NCBI GenBank assembly: GCA_977030845.1
Contig: OZ365112.1
Span: 22,878,001 to 22,942,000, forward strand
Direction of reading: 5' to 3'
DNA from: Fimbriosthenelais zetlandica
Taxonomy: Eukaryota
Length of the DNA stretch: 64,000 nt
The position numbers and the translations under genes are program-made. Every line of letters begins with the position of its first letter. Within the stretch, counting starts at the first letter, position 1. Shown here piece after piece: positions 63,380 through 64,000 of this stretch. The notes under the pieces are model-generated. The model was not told where the DNA came from. It did no database searches and worked only from the letters and a program-made list of their open reading frames with translations.

Positions 63380-64000
63380 TTTGTCACTTATTGGGGGTCT
63401 TCTGATCTCAGGACAGGGTGTGGTGGATGGCCTGGTGTGCCTACAATATGATGTTTATCAATGAAGCTTACATTATTATTGAGGTCACATGGAGGTGGTC
63501 AATGTTTAAGGAGGACAGATAAGATCTATCTGACTTTGAGATAACATGTCGATGATCATCAGTGTTAACTATAAATATACAGTTTTCTGAAAGTAAGATT
63601 GTAATTCTACCAGTGCCACCAAAAGCTAAATCCAAGATAGAGTAGACTGTCTCCCCAAGAGTGCCCAAGTGTATAGAAACTTGCTAAAATCACATATAAA
63701 TGTTACATGTCCTCATTTTTATTGTCTTATTTAAAAGAAGTTACAATTCATATTAAATCGGAAAAGAAAAGGTGTGCATTATTGAGTAGCGAGGAGAAAA
63801 ATAGATGATACAGAATGTTGTTGATGCTGTATACACACCCATATGTGGTTACTTGGTATAGCACAGACCTTATGAACCCTGGATGTCAAAAATCACTTTT
63901 CCCAAGTCGTAGAATCAGCTTGTCTATAGTTTCTGTACTGGCCATAAATGTCTGGACCTCACAGTCAATATGGTTATCACAATAGTTCAGGCTTGGCACA

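Overview
Eukaryotic, AT-rich, intron-bearing animal DNA (GT-AG introns, mostly short); a marine invertebrate such as a mollusc is likely, but that is an inference from composition and gene content. There is no CRISPR array, rRNA or convincing tRNA. Hand-splicing supports 11 protein-coding genes. In order: CCDC57 (+, 21 coding exons); a calcyphosin-family EF-hand gene (-); Tob of the BTG/Tob family (-, single coding exon, long UTRs); a Death-domain + TRADD-N-like protein (+); a secreted saposin-fold Canopy-like protein ending in KDEL (+); an NPW-type G-protein gamma subunit (+); TTC30/IFT70 (+); IFT27 (-); an ankyrin-repeat SOCS-box gene (+); a GhrA-like D-2-hydroxyacid dehydrogenase (+); and a MYORG-like GH31 glycosidase (-). 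Several of these (saposin-KDEL, G-gamma, IFT27, the dehydrogenase) are barely visible in the ORF track because of small exons. Best leads: (1) the Death/TRADD-N-like/unknown-helical-domain protein; (2) two IFT-B subunit genes lying tail-to-tail with RFX X-boxes nearby, inside a cilia-rich neighbourhood; (3) strong over-representation of TA-flanked palindromic octamers that look like DNA-transposon excision footprints, one directly abutting a transposon end; (4) a sensory-type G-gamma with an upstream cluster of Otx-type sites; (5) an orphan HYR-like ORF. All homology calls are from memory of family motifs, and all counts are by eye; no searches were run.
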